64,000 bases of DNA, from the NCBI GenBank assembly GCA_044229145.1, contig JBGATO010000012.1:9350-73349 (forward strand), given 5' to 3'. Shown one piece after another: positions 43,246 through 52,815 of this stretch. Both the position numbers and the translations under genes were made by a program. Within the stretch, counting starts at the first letter, position 1; the number at the start of each line of letters is the position of its first letter. The DNA is from Candidatus Eiseniibacteriota bacterium (GTDB lineage Bacteria; Eisenbacteria; RBG-16-71-46; CAZEPH01). The notes below the pieces were generated by a model that saw nothing but the letters and a program-made list of their open reading frames with translations, was not told where the DNA came from and did no database searches.

Positions 43246-44771
43246 TAGATGTTCGTCTCCCTCTTGGTGCCGGTGTAGTCGATGTAGGCGGTCTTGATCT
43301 CGGTGAAGAACTCGATCGCCGTGGTGCCCTGTTCGCGCGGTCCGACGCCGGTGCCCTTCATGCCGCCGAAGGGCAACTGCGCCTCGCCGCCGACCGTGGG
43401 CGAGTTCACGTGGGTGATGCCGGTTTCGATCTTGTCGAGGAACTCGAACACGCGCCCCACGTCGTTGGAGTAGACGCTGCTCGAGAGGCCGAACGACACC
43501 CCGTTCGCCACCTCGATCGCCTCCTCCACGCTCTTGACCCGGATGACGCTGAGCACCGGGCCGAAGATTTCCTCCTGCGCCACGCGCATGTCCGGCGTGA
43601 CGTGATCGAGCACGGTCGGCGCGACGAAGTAGCCGTAGTTCAGCGCGCCGTCGGTGAGACGCGCGCCGCCGCAGCGCACGGCGGCGCCTTCGGTCGGGCC
43701 GATCTCCAGATAGTCGAGCACCGTGTTCATCTGCGATTCGTCGACGCTCGGACCCATGTGGACGCCCTGCGCGAGCGGATCGCCGACGACGATGGCGCCG
43801 GCACGCTTCACCAGGCGCTCGACGAATTCGTCGGCGATGTTCTCCATCACGATCGCGCGGCTGGTCGCCGTGCAGCGCTGGCCGGTGGAGCCGAACGCGC
43901 CCTGCGCGGTGCTCTCGACGGCGAGCGCGACGTCCGCGTCGTCGAACACGACGATCGGGTTCTTGCCGCCCATCTCGCATTGCACCTTGAGCAGCCGCTT
44001 GGCGCCGCGCGCGTAGATCTCGCCGCCGACTTCGTTCGACCCCGTGAAGCTGACCGCGCGCACCGACGGGTGGTCGACGATCGTCGTGCCGACGGTGCCG
44101 CCGCTGCCGTACACGAGATTGAGCACGCCAGGCGGCAAGCCCGCATCGTGGAAGATGCGCGTGACTTCCTGCGCCGTCCACGGCGTCAAGGTCGCCGGCT
44201 TCCACACGACGGTGTTGCCACTGATCAACGCCGGCGCCGCTTTCCACACCGGAATCGCGACCGGGAAGTTCCACGGCGTGATGAGACCGACCACGCCGAG
44301 CGGCTGGCGCACCGTGTAGCAAAACGTCTTCGGCATCTCACTCGGCGGCGTGGTGCCGCTGAGACGGCGGCCTTCGCCGGCGATGAACTCGAGACAGTTC
44401 GCCGCCTTCATGACTTCACCGCGCGATTCGCTGAACGTCTTGCCTTCTTCCCACGCGAGGATGGTGGCGAGGAAGTCGGTGCGCTCCTTGAGCAGTTCGA
44501 GGGCGCGGAACAGGATCGCGCCGCGCTGCGGCGCCGGCAGCGCGCGCCACGCCGGGAACGCGGCCTTGGCGGCGGCGATGGCCTCCGCGGTTTCCTCGGC
44601 GGTGGAGAGCGGTACGTCGCCGAGGCGCACGCGGGTGTCGGCCGGCGAGATGTTCGGCGTCGAACGGCCCGAACCCGAAGCGCGCCACTGGCCGCCGATG
44701 AAATTCTGGTAGGACGTCGGGGGCGTCGGGCGTCCCGCGACGTCGGCGGGCGCGGTGCTGGTCATGGTCAT
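43242..44771 (-). CDS. Aldehyde dehydrogenase
   Basis: ITPWNFP, FTGSNEVG, EMGGKNP, GQRCTA, EEIFGPV. Confidence 0.96.
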   Translation of the reverse strand: MTMTSTAPADVAGRPTPPTSYQNFIGGQWRASGSGRSTPNISPADTRVRLGDVPLSTAEETAEAIAAAKAAFPAWRALPAPQRGAILFRALELLKERTDFLATILAWEEGKTFSESRGEVMKAANCLEFIAGEGRRLSGTTPPSEMPKTFCYTVRQPLGVVGLITPWNFPVAIPVWKAAPALISGNTVVWKPATLTPWTAQEVTRIFHDAGLPPGVLNLVYGSGGTVGTTIVDHPSVRAVSFTGSNEVGGEIYARGAKRLLKVQCEMGGKNPIVVFDDADVALAVESTAQGAFGSTGQRCTATSRAIVMENIADEFVERLVKRAGAIVVGDPLAQGVHMGPSVDESQMNTVLDYLEIGPTEGAAVRCGGARLTDGALNYGYFVAPTVLDHVTPDMRVAQEEIFGPVLSVIRVKSVEEAIEVANGVSFGLSSSVYSNDVGRVFEFLDKIETGITHVNSPTVGGEAQLPFGGMKGTGVGPREQGTTAIEFFTEIKTAYIDYTGTKRETNIY

Positions 44772-44852
44772 CGTGCAACTCCTGAAGGACGGCGGCGCGC
44801 CGACCGAGCGATCGGGCCGGCGCGCCGCGCGAGAGAAACGACGATCGTCCGC

Positions 44853-46202
44853 TTACACCTGAATGGCGGCGAGCGACGCGTCGAGAATGCCCACCGCGGT
44901 ATCGACATCCGCCTTGCCCGCGATCATCGGCGGCGAGATGCGCACCACGTTGTTGAACATGCCGCCCTTGCCGATCAGCAATCCGCGCTCGCGGGTCTGC
45001 TCGAAGAAGCGGTTGAGGGTGTCGGTGGCCGGCTCCTTGGTCTGGCGATCCTTCACGAACTCGAGCGCCTGCATGAGGCCCATGCCGCGCACTTCGCCGA
45101 TCACCGGATACTTCGCCGCCAGCTCGTCGAGCTTGCCGCGGAAGTACGCGCCGACCTCGGCCACCCGCTGGACGAAGTTCTCGCCCTCGATGACGTCGAG
45201 CGTCGCGTGCGCTGCGGCCATCGTCACCGGGTTGCCGCCGAAGGTCGAGATGGTCATGCCCTTGGCGCTGTCCGCGACGTCGGCGCGCGCCACCGTGAGC
45301 CCGATCGGCGCGCCGTTGGCGAGGCCCTTGGCGAAGGTCATGATGTCCGGCTGCACGCCCCAGTGGCTGATGCCGAACATGTGTGTGCCGGTGCGCGCCC
45401 AGCCCGTCTGCACTTCGTCGTCGATCACCAAACCGCCGTACTTGCGGGCGATCTCGGTGAGGATCGGGAAGTACTCCTTCGGCGGCGTGACGAAGCCGCC
45501 GACGCCTTGGATCGGCTCGAACAACAGCGCGGCGATTTCGCCCTGCGTCTCGGTCTGGATCTTCGCCTCGAGGTCCTTGGCGCAGCGCACCTCGCACGAC
45601 GGGTACGACAGGCCGAACGGACAGCGGTAGCAGTACGCGTTGACGGTGTGCTTCACCCACGGAATCGACGACGAGCCGCCACGCCACGGCGACTGCGCTG
45701 TGAGCGCGCGGCTGAGCACCGAGCGGCCGCTGTAACCGTGGCGCAGCGCGATGATTTCCTGCCGTCCGGTGTGCTGCTGCGCCAGATGCACGGCGGTTTC
45801 GTCCGCCTCGGTGCCCGAGTTGGTGAAGTACATCTTCGGCTTGCGGCCGTCGGGGTGCGCGATCGGCACCATGCTGCTGATGCGCTCCGCGAGCGCCACC
45901 ATCGGTTCACTCGGATACAGCGTCGAGTTGTGCGACATCTTGCCGGCCTGCTCGCGCACCGCTTCGACGACGTGCGGGTGCGCGTGGCCGACGCTGACCG
46001 TGAGGATGCCGCCGAAGAAGTCGAGGTACTCGCGGCCGTCCATGTCGTAGGCGTGCATGCCGTCGCCGTGGTCGAGCGCCACCGGCTGCGCGTAGTAGTT
46101 CGCGACGTTGGGGAAGAGGAACTCCTTGTGCTTGGCAAGGACCTCGTCGCGGGTGAGCTTGGTGCGCGTCGCGCCGGGCGCCGACGGGTTGGGTGGGGTC
46201 AT
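44853..46202 (-). CDS. Class III PLP aminotransferase (AGXT2/beta-alanine/GABA-type)
   Basis: YLDFFGGI, NSGTEAD, EPIQGVGG, DEVQTG, FAKG. Confidence 0.93.
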   Translation of the reverse strand: MTPPNPSAPGATRTKLTRDEVLAKHKEFLFPNVANYYAQPVALDHGDGMHAYDMDGREYLDFFGGILTVSVGHAHPHVVEAVREQAGKMSHNSTLYPSEPMVALAERISSMVPIAHPDGRKPKMYFTNSGTEADETAVHLAQQHTGRQEIIALRHGYSGRSVLSRALTAQSPWRGGSSSIPWVKHTVNAYCYRCPFGLSYPSCEVRCAKDLEAKIQTETQGEIAALLFEPIQGVGGFVTPPKEYFPILTEIARKYGGLVIDDEVQTGWARTGTHMFGISHWGVQPDIMTFAKGLANGAPIGLTVARADVADSAKGMTISTFGGNPVTMAAAHATLDVIEGENFVQRVAEVGAYFRGKLDELAAKYPVIGEVRGMGLMQALEFVKDRQTKEPATDTLNRFFEQTRERGLLIGKGGMFNNVVRISPPMIAGKADVDTAVGILDASLAAIQV

Positions 46203-46424
46203 GACGTCTCCTTCACGAGATGGGCGCGGGGGACACACGCGCCGGATATCTCGGGAGTATACGCCTCGGGCGGGGCGGCGCAACCGGTGCGGTGCCGGTG
46301 CGCGGCTCCGGCGCAACGCAACGGCCGCGACGGATGAAGATCGCGTCGCGGCCGTGTCTCGAACGCGCGGTGGCCAGTGCCGGGGATCAGCCTCACCGGC
46401 GCGCCGTGCGTGAGGTCGTGGGCG

Positions 46425-47756
46425 CTACATCGTGAGGTACTTGCGTCCTGCGGCCTGCGCGCGCAGTTCGCCCCGGAAGTCGGGGTGCGCGATCTCGATG
46501 AGCGCCTCGGCGCGCTGGCGGATGTTGCGCCCCCACAGGTCGGCCACGCCGTACTCGGTGACCACGAAGTGCACGTCGCCGCGGCTCGTCACGATGCCGG
46601 CGCCTTCCTCGTGCATGACGCAGATCCGCGAGACGGTTCCGCCCTTCGCGGTGGCGGGCAGCGCGATGATCGGCTTGCCGCCCTTGCTGCGCGCCGAGCC
46701 GCGGATGAAGTCCACCTGGCCGCCGATGCCGGAGAAGAAGCGGCCCTTCAGCGTGTCGGCCGCGACCTGACCGGTGAGGTCGACCGCGAGCGCCGAGTTG
46801 ATCGCCACCATGTTGTCGTGCCGGGCGATCTGGAACGGGTCGTTGGTGAAGTCGCTCGGGCGCATCTCGACGGCCGGGTTGTCGTGGATCCACGCGTACA
46901 GCGCGTGGCTGCCGATCACGAACGAGCTGACGATCTTGCCGCGGCGCAGCGTCTTGCGCGAGCCGTTGATGACGCCGAGTTCGGTGAGCTCCATCACGCG
47001 GTCGCTGAACATCTCGGTGTGCACGCCGAGATCGTTCTTGTCGCGCAGCGCCGCGAGCACGGCGTCCGGGATCGAGCCGATGCCGGTCTGGATCGTCGCG
47101 CCGTCGGGCACCAGCGAGGCGACGTTGCGGCCGATGGCGAGCGTCGCCTCGTCGGCGGGTTCGACACCGAGTTCGGGGAGCGGATAGTCGACCGCGACCA
47201 TCTGCGCGATGCGGCTGACGTGCAGGAACGAGTCGCCCGGGGTGCGCGGCACCTGCGGGTTGACCTCGGCGAGCACCAGCGAGGCGGTCTCGACGGCGGC
47301 GCGCACGATGTCCACCGACACGCCGAGGCTCACGTAACCATGACGGTCGGGCGGCGACACCTGGATGATCGCCACGTCGATCGGCACCCGCTTCATGGTG
47401 ATGAGCGACGGGATCTCGCTGAGGAACACCGGCATGAAGTCGGCACGGCCTTCGCCCACCGCTTCGCGCACGTTGCGGCCGATGAAGAACGCGGTGTGGC
47501 GGAAACGCTTCTCGAGGCCCGGGTTGACGTACGGCGCCGGCCCGAGGGTCAGCAGGTGCACGATTTCGTTGCCCGCGAGGTGGGTGCCGTGCTCGACCAG
47601 CGCCTCGACGAGGCGGCTGGGTTCGGCGGCGCCTGAGCCCACCAGGATGCGCTGTCCCGGACGGATGGCGCGGATCGCGCTCTCCAGCGTGCCGACGCGG
47701 TCAGGGTAGCGGGCTTGCCATTCGGCGGTGGTGGTCGGGTGATCCAGCGCGGTCAT
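46425..47756 (-). CDS. Acetyl-CoA hydrolase / 4-hydroxybutyrate CoA-transferase family protein
   Basis: QTGIGSIPD, HTEMFSD, GIGGQVDFIRG, VVTEYG, IAHPDFR. Confidence 0.93.
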   Translation of the reverse strand: MTALDHPTTTAEWQARYPDRVGTLESAIRAIRPGQRILVGSGAAEPSRLVEALVEHGTHLAGNEIVHLLTLGPAPYVNPGLEKRFRHTAFFIGRNVREAVGEGRADFMPVFLSEIPSLITMKRVPIDVAIIQVSPPDRHGYVSLGVSVDIVRAAVETASLVLAEVNPQVPRTPGDSFLHVSRIAQMVAVDYPLPELGVEPADEATLAIGRNVASLVPDGATIQTGIGSIPDAVLAALRDKNDLGVHTEMFSDRVMELTELGVINGSRKTLRRGKIVSSFVIGSHALYAWIHDNPAVEMRPSDFTNDPFQIARHDNMVAINSALAVDLTGQVAADTLKGRFFSGIGGQVDFIRGSARSKGGKPIIALPATAKGGTVSRICVMHEEGAGIVTSRGDVHFVVTEYGVADLWGRNIRQRAEALIEIAHPDFRGELRAQAAGRKYLTM

Positions 47757-48007
47757 CACGGTCGTCTCTCCTCTAATGCTGACGGGCCCCGGCGGCCCGT
47801 GTACGCTCGCGGCGCCGTGGGGCGGCCGCGCGCGGTCGATATCGTCTCTCCTTAAGATCAGCCCAACTCGACGGAAGGGCGATGCGACAGTGGTAGCACG
47901 CGGCACGGAACCGGAGGGCGACACCGCCCGCCCCGGACGTCGCCCCGCGCGACCGCCCGCGCCGGTGCGCCGCCACCCGCGCGACCGCCGTTTGCCCGGG
48001 AGAACGC

Positions 48008-50105
48008 ATGTCCAGCTCTGCCCGCCGTCCGAATCGCCTGCTCCACGAGAAGAGTCCGTACCTGCTCCAGCACGCCTACAACCCGGTGGATTGGTACCCC
48101 TGGGGCGACGAGGCGTTCGCCGCCGCGCGCGCCGCCGAGAAGCCCATCTTCCTGTCGATCGGCTATTCGACCTGCTACTGGTGCCACGTCATGGAGCAGG
48201 AGTCGTTCGAGAATCCGACCGTGGCGGCGGCGATCAACGCGTCCTTCGTCCCGGTGAAGGTCGATCGCGAAGAGCGCCCGGACATCGATGCCGTGTACAT
48301 GGCCGGCGTCCAGGCGATGACCGGGCAGGGCGGCTGGCCGATGAGCGTGTTCCTGACGCCGGACGGCAAACCGTTCTGGGGCGGCACCTATTTCCCGCCC
48401 GAGGATCGCGCCGGGCGCGTCGGACTGATGACGATCCTGCGCTCGCTGGCGGACGCGTGGGCGACGCGGCGTGCCGACGTGCTCCAATCCAGCGATGCAT
48501 TGAGCGAGGCGATCCGCGCGCAGGTGACGCCGGCGTCGCCGGGCGGCGCCGCGCCCCTCGGCGACGACGTGGTGCGCGAGGCGGTGGCGTCGCTGCACCG
48601 GGCATTCGACGCGACGCATGGCGGCTTTGGCTCCGCACCGAAGTTCCCGCGGCCGCACACGCTCGGCCTGCTGCTGCGCTGGTGGGAGCGCACGCGCGAC
48701 GGCGACACGCTGCACGCGGTCACCCACACGCTGACGCAGATGGCGCGCGGCGGTCTCCACGATCAGATCGGCGGCGGCTTCCATCGCTACTCGACCGATC
48801 GCCACTGGCTGGTGCCGCACTTCGAGAAGATGTTGTACGACCAAGCGCTGCTGGCGCGCGTGTACTGCGAGGCGTGGCAGGTCACCGGTGACGCACTCTT
48901 CGCCGACACCGCGCGGGGCATCTGCGACTACCTGTTGCGCGACATGCGCGACCCCGGAGGCGCATTCCACGCGGCCGAAGACGCCGGCGAGCCGGGCCGG
49001 GAGGGCGAATTCTACGTCTGGACTCCGGCGCAAATCGATGCGCTCCTCACGCCGGCCGACGCCGACGCCGTGAAGCGGATGTACGACGTCGCCCCGCGCG
49101 GCAACTTCGAACACGGCCTGTCGATCCTGCACGCGACCACCAGCGTCGAGGCGCTCGCGGCGGTTCTCGGCCGCGCCCCGGACGAACTCGCCGCCGCGTT
49201 GGCCGCGGCGCGTGAGACGTTGCGGCGCGCTCGCGCGCAGCGCACGCCGCCGCACCGCGACGACAAGGTCCTCACCGACTGGAACGGCCTGGCGATTGGT
49301 GCACTGGCGTACGCCGGTCGCGCGCTCGGTGAGCCGCGCTACGTGGCGGCGGCGCGCGACGCCGCGACCTTCGTGCTCGCGCAGTGTCAGCGTGACGGCG
49401 TCCTGCTGCACCGCTGGCGCGACGGCGAGGCCGCGATTCCCGGATTTCTCGACGACTACGCGTGCCTTGCCGGCGGCCTGCTCGACCTCTTCGAAGCGTG
49501 CGGCGAGACGCGCTGGCTGAGCGAGTCGGTGCGCCTGGCGCGTGAGGCGATCGCCCGATTCGAGGACGCCGAGCGCGGTGGCTTCTTCGCCAGCGGCGCG
49601 CACAACGACACACTCCTGGCGCGCGCCAAGGAGTTGTACGACGGCGCGTTGCCGAGCGGCAATTCGCTCATCGCGACGCTGTGCGCGCGGCTCGCCCTGG
49701 TGAGCGAGGATCGCGTGTTCGGCGAGGCCGCACGGCGCAGTTTCGCCGCGTTCGCGGCTCAGGCGCGGGAGACGCCGTCGGCGTTTCCACAGTTCCTGGC
49801 CGCCTTCGACCTCCTGCTGGGGCCGGCGCGGGAGATCGTGGTGGCCGGTTCGCCGGGCGATTCCGCCACACTGGCGCTTCTGCGCGAGGTTCACCGGCGT
49901 TTCCTGCCGCGTGCGGTCGTGGTCCCCGCGGGCGACGATGTGGAGACGCTGGCGGCCATTGGCGCCGTTCGCCGCCGCGCAGCCGCGCCGCGACGGCCGA
50001 GCCACCGCGTACGTGTGCGAAGGCCAGGCGTGCCGGCTCCCGGTCACCGAGCCCGCGGAGCTGGCCGCGCAACTCGACGCGCCGCCGGGGACTCTGATAC
50101 CGTGA
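48008..50105 (+). CDS. YyaL/SSP411 thioredoxin-domain protein (frameshift near 49958)
   Basis: [33 protein letters not shown]; the family C-terminus '[16 protein letters not shown]' lies in another frame ending at 50105. Confidence 0.9.
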
Positions 50106-50172
50106 TCTGATGCTCGTCCTGCCGCCGGGCCACGACCGGCGCGCCCTCCGTCCGCGAAAGGTTCGTCACCGC

Positions 50173-51708
50173 ATGCGTTTCCGCACGATTGCCGCCGTCC
50201 TCGGCGGCCTCGCGTTCGCCCTGGCCCCGCTGGGGGCGGGCGCGGCCTCTCTGCCGGCGGCCAAGCCGGCGCCGCAGCAGCCCTATCACGCCGCCGTCGA
50301 CTCGATGCGCGCGCTCTGGCGCGGCGGCGATATCCGGGGCAGCCTGCTCATTGCAAAGCGCTTGCGCACGCAGTACCCGAAGGACCCCGACATCCTGTTC
50401 GCGTATGCGCAGCGCTCGATCGCCGCTGGTGAATCCACGCTGGTACGGGATGAGTTCGCGGCGATGGAGCGGCTCGAACCGACAGCGCTCTCCGCCTATC
50501 TGAGCGGTTTGGTGGCGCCGGTGGACTCGGCGCGCGTCGCCCAGTTCCGCGTCGCCGTGCAGCGGGACGCCGGCTTCGCCCAGGCACACCTGGCGCTGGC
50601 CCAGATGGCGTTGTCGCGCTCGCCGCAGGACACCGTGACGGCGATCATGGAAACGCGAAAGGCGATCGAGAGCGATCCCTCGCAGTGGTCGTCGTGGCGT
50701 ACGCTCGGCTATCTGGCACTCGGGCGCGGCGATACGACGACCGCGCGCACTGCGTTCCGCGCGGTGTGGACGTGCGACTCGCTCACCTTCGCGCCGGACG
50801 ACCGCATCAATGCACTGATTACCGACGCGCGGGCGCTCGCCGCCAAAGCGCCGGTCTCGGCCGCGGGGTTGCTCGCCGTGCTGCCCGCGGTGACGCCGGA
50901 TTGGGCGGACTACAACGCGCTCGGCATCTACGCCGGCGGAGGGCAAGGCAAGAAGGCGCTGGCGCTCGCCGACGAGAACATCGCGGCCGCCGCCGATGCC
51001 AATGCGAAGGTGCAGTTCCTGTACGGCCGCGCGGTGGTGTTCGCCAAGCTCGGGATGGAGGATTCGGCGTTCGTCGCGCTCAACCGCGCCATCGACGCAG
51101 GGCTGCGCGGGCCGGAGCGCCTCGGGCAAGATCCCGTGTTCGGCAATCCGTGGCGCGCGTACTCGTCGAGCTCGCGCTTTGCCGACGCCGCCGCGCGTCT
51201 GAGCGACGCACCGCTCGACACCCGCACGCCGGACGAGAAGCGCCAGCAGGCCTTGGCGAACCGTCTCGACCAGGACATCCCGCCGCTCGGCTTCACCACG
51301 CCGCAGGGGGAGCTGCTGACGCTGTCCTCGCTGCGCGGCAAGGTGGTCGTGCTCGATTTCTGGGCGACCTGGTGCGGTCCGTGCCGTCGCACCATGCCGC
51401 TGCTCAGCCAGTTCACGCGCGCCGCGGACTCCACGAAGGTCGTGGTGCTCTCCGCCGAGATCTTCGAGCGCGCGGCCGACGCGCACGCCAAGGCGCAGCA
51501 GATGTTCCGCGAGAACGACTATGCGATGCGCTTGGTCTACTCGGAGGACGGCTACGGGGAGCTTCTGGGCTTCAACTCGATTCCGACGCTCATGGTGATC
51601 GGCCCGGATGGCAAGCTGCAGTGGCGGCACACCGGGTACTCGCCCGACTTGCCGGAGGTCCTCAAAGCGCAATCCGACGCCCTGCTGTCGGAGGCGGCAG
51701 GCAAGTAG
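50173..51708 (+). CDS. Secreted TPR protein with C-terminal TlpA/redoxin domain
   Basis: Signal peptide; TPR helices; 'GKVVVLDFWATWCGPC', IPT. Confidence 0.88.
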   Translation: MRFRTIAAVLGGLAFALAPLGAGAASLPAAKPAPQQPYHAAVDSMRALWRGGDIRGSLLIAKRLRTQYPKDPDILFAYAQRSIAAGESTLVRDEFAAMERLEPTALSAYLSGLVAPVDSARVAQFRVAVQRDAGFAQAHLALAQMALSRSPQDTVTAIMETRKAIESDPSQWSSWRTLGYLALGRGDTTTARTAFRAVWTCDSLTFAPDDRINALITDARALAAKAPVSAAGLLAVLPAVTPDWADYNALGIYAGGGQGKKALALADENIAAAADANAKVQFLYGRAVVFAKLGMEDSAFVALNRAIDAGLRGPERLGQDPVFGNPWRAYSSSSRFADAAARLSDAPLDTRTPDEKRQQALANRLDQDIPPLGFTTPQGELLTLSSLRGKVVVLDFWATWCGPCRRTMPLLSQFTRAADSTKVVVLSAEIFERAADAHAKAQQMFRENDYAMRLVYSEDGYGELLGFNSIPTLMVIGPDGKLQWRHTGYSPDLPEVLKAQSDALLSEAAGK

Positions 51709-51859
51709 CCGGGCACACACCCAACACCGTCTCGGCGGGCCTCCGGCGCGATTGCCCGGAGGCCCGCGTGCATGGTACGGTCGCCCGCCTTGGATCGACG
51801 ATGCTGCCGGTGCCTCCCGCACCGGCCGTCGCCCCACTTGCCCGACGATGGAGTGCGCC

Positions 51860-52714
51860 GTGACCGAACTGCTGGTGACCGAATTGACCCTGGACAGTGC
51901 CAAGGCGGAGCGCGCATTCGTGGCCGCGCCGGCGCCGGCCGAGCTGCCCGCCGGCTGTCTGCGCCTCGAGCGCGCCCGCACCGGCCGGCCGCACACCTAC
52001 TTCGTCGCCAGCTGGTGGACAGACACCGCATCGCGCAAGGCGTTCGAGAACTCGGGCGCCGTCTGGCCCGGCCACGAACTCACGGGCGTCGCGCGCATCG
52101 AGCGCCACCCGTTCGTGGCGGCCGCCTCGAGCACCACCATCCGCGCGTTCTGCGCCGACTGCGCCGAAATCGCACCGGTCACCGTGCGGCCGGGCGGGGA
52201 GACGTGTAGCTACTGCGGCGCCGCCCTGCCCGGGCGTCCGGATGCCGGCGTCATGCCGGGACCGCTCGGCGGACTGCCGGTGGGGCCGGCGTCGGACCTC
52301 GCCGGGATCGACCTCGAGCCGGCCACCCGCACGGCAGTGGAGGCCTATTTCCAGGCCTGGAACACCGAGGACGCGGCGGCGCGGCGCGGACTCATCGAAA
52401 CCTCGATGGCGCCCGCGGGGTCGTACCAGGATCCCGCGACACCGGCAGCGGTGGCCGGATACGACGCCATCGCGGAGCTGATGGCCGGGATGCGCGCCCG
52501 TTTCTCGGGCATCCGCTTCGAGATCACGCACGCGTACGGCCGCGGCCCATTGGTGACCGTCGAATGGCGCATGATCCTGCCGCTCAAGGGCGGCGAATCG
52601 GTGACGCCGGGGGTGGACGTCATCCAGATGGATGGCGGCGCGATCGCCCGGATCATCGCGTACTACGACCGCGGTCCGGCGATCGCCCAGCAGGCGAACC
52701 GGGCATACGCGTAG
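51860..52714 (+). CDS. Protein with Zn ribbon and C-terminal SnoaL/NTF2-like domain
   Basis: CADC...CSYC; 'VEAYFQAWNTEDAAARRGLI...YQDP...GVDVI'. Confidence 0.7.
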   Translation: MTELLVTELTLDSAKAERAFVAAPAPAELPAGCLRLERARTGRPHTYFVASWWTDTASRKAFENSGAVWPGHELTGVARIERHPFVAAASSTTIRAFCADCAEIAPVTVRPGGETCSYCGAALPGRPDAGVMPGPLGGLPVGPASDLAGIDLEPATRTAVEAYFQAWNTEDAAARRGLIETSMAPAGSYQDPATPAAVAGYDAIAELMAGMRARFSGIRFEITHAYGRGPLVTVEWRMILPLKGGESVTPGVDVIQMDGGAIARIIAYYDRGPAIAQQANRAYA

Positions 52715-52815
52715 GCGGCGCGGCCCGCCCGCTGTGCGATGTCGTGGGCCTGTGTTAGACTGCGGATCCGCCCGCAGTTTCCGTGGATCCCCCGCGATGA
52801 CCATCGTCTTTCCGA

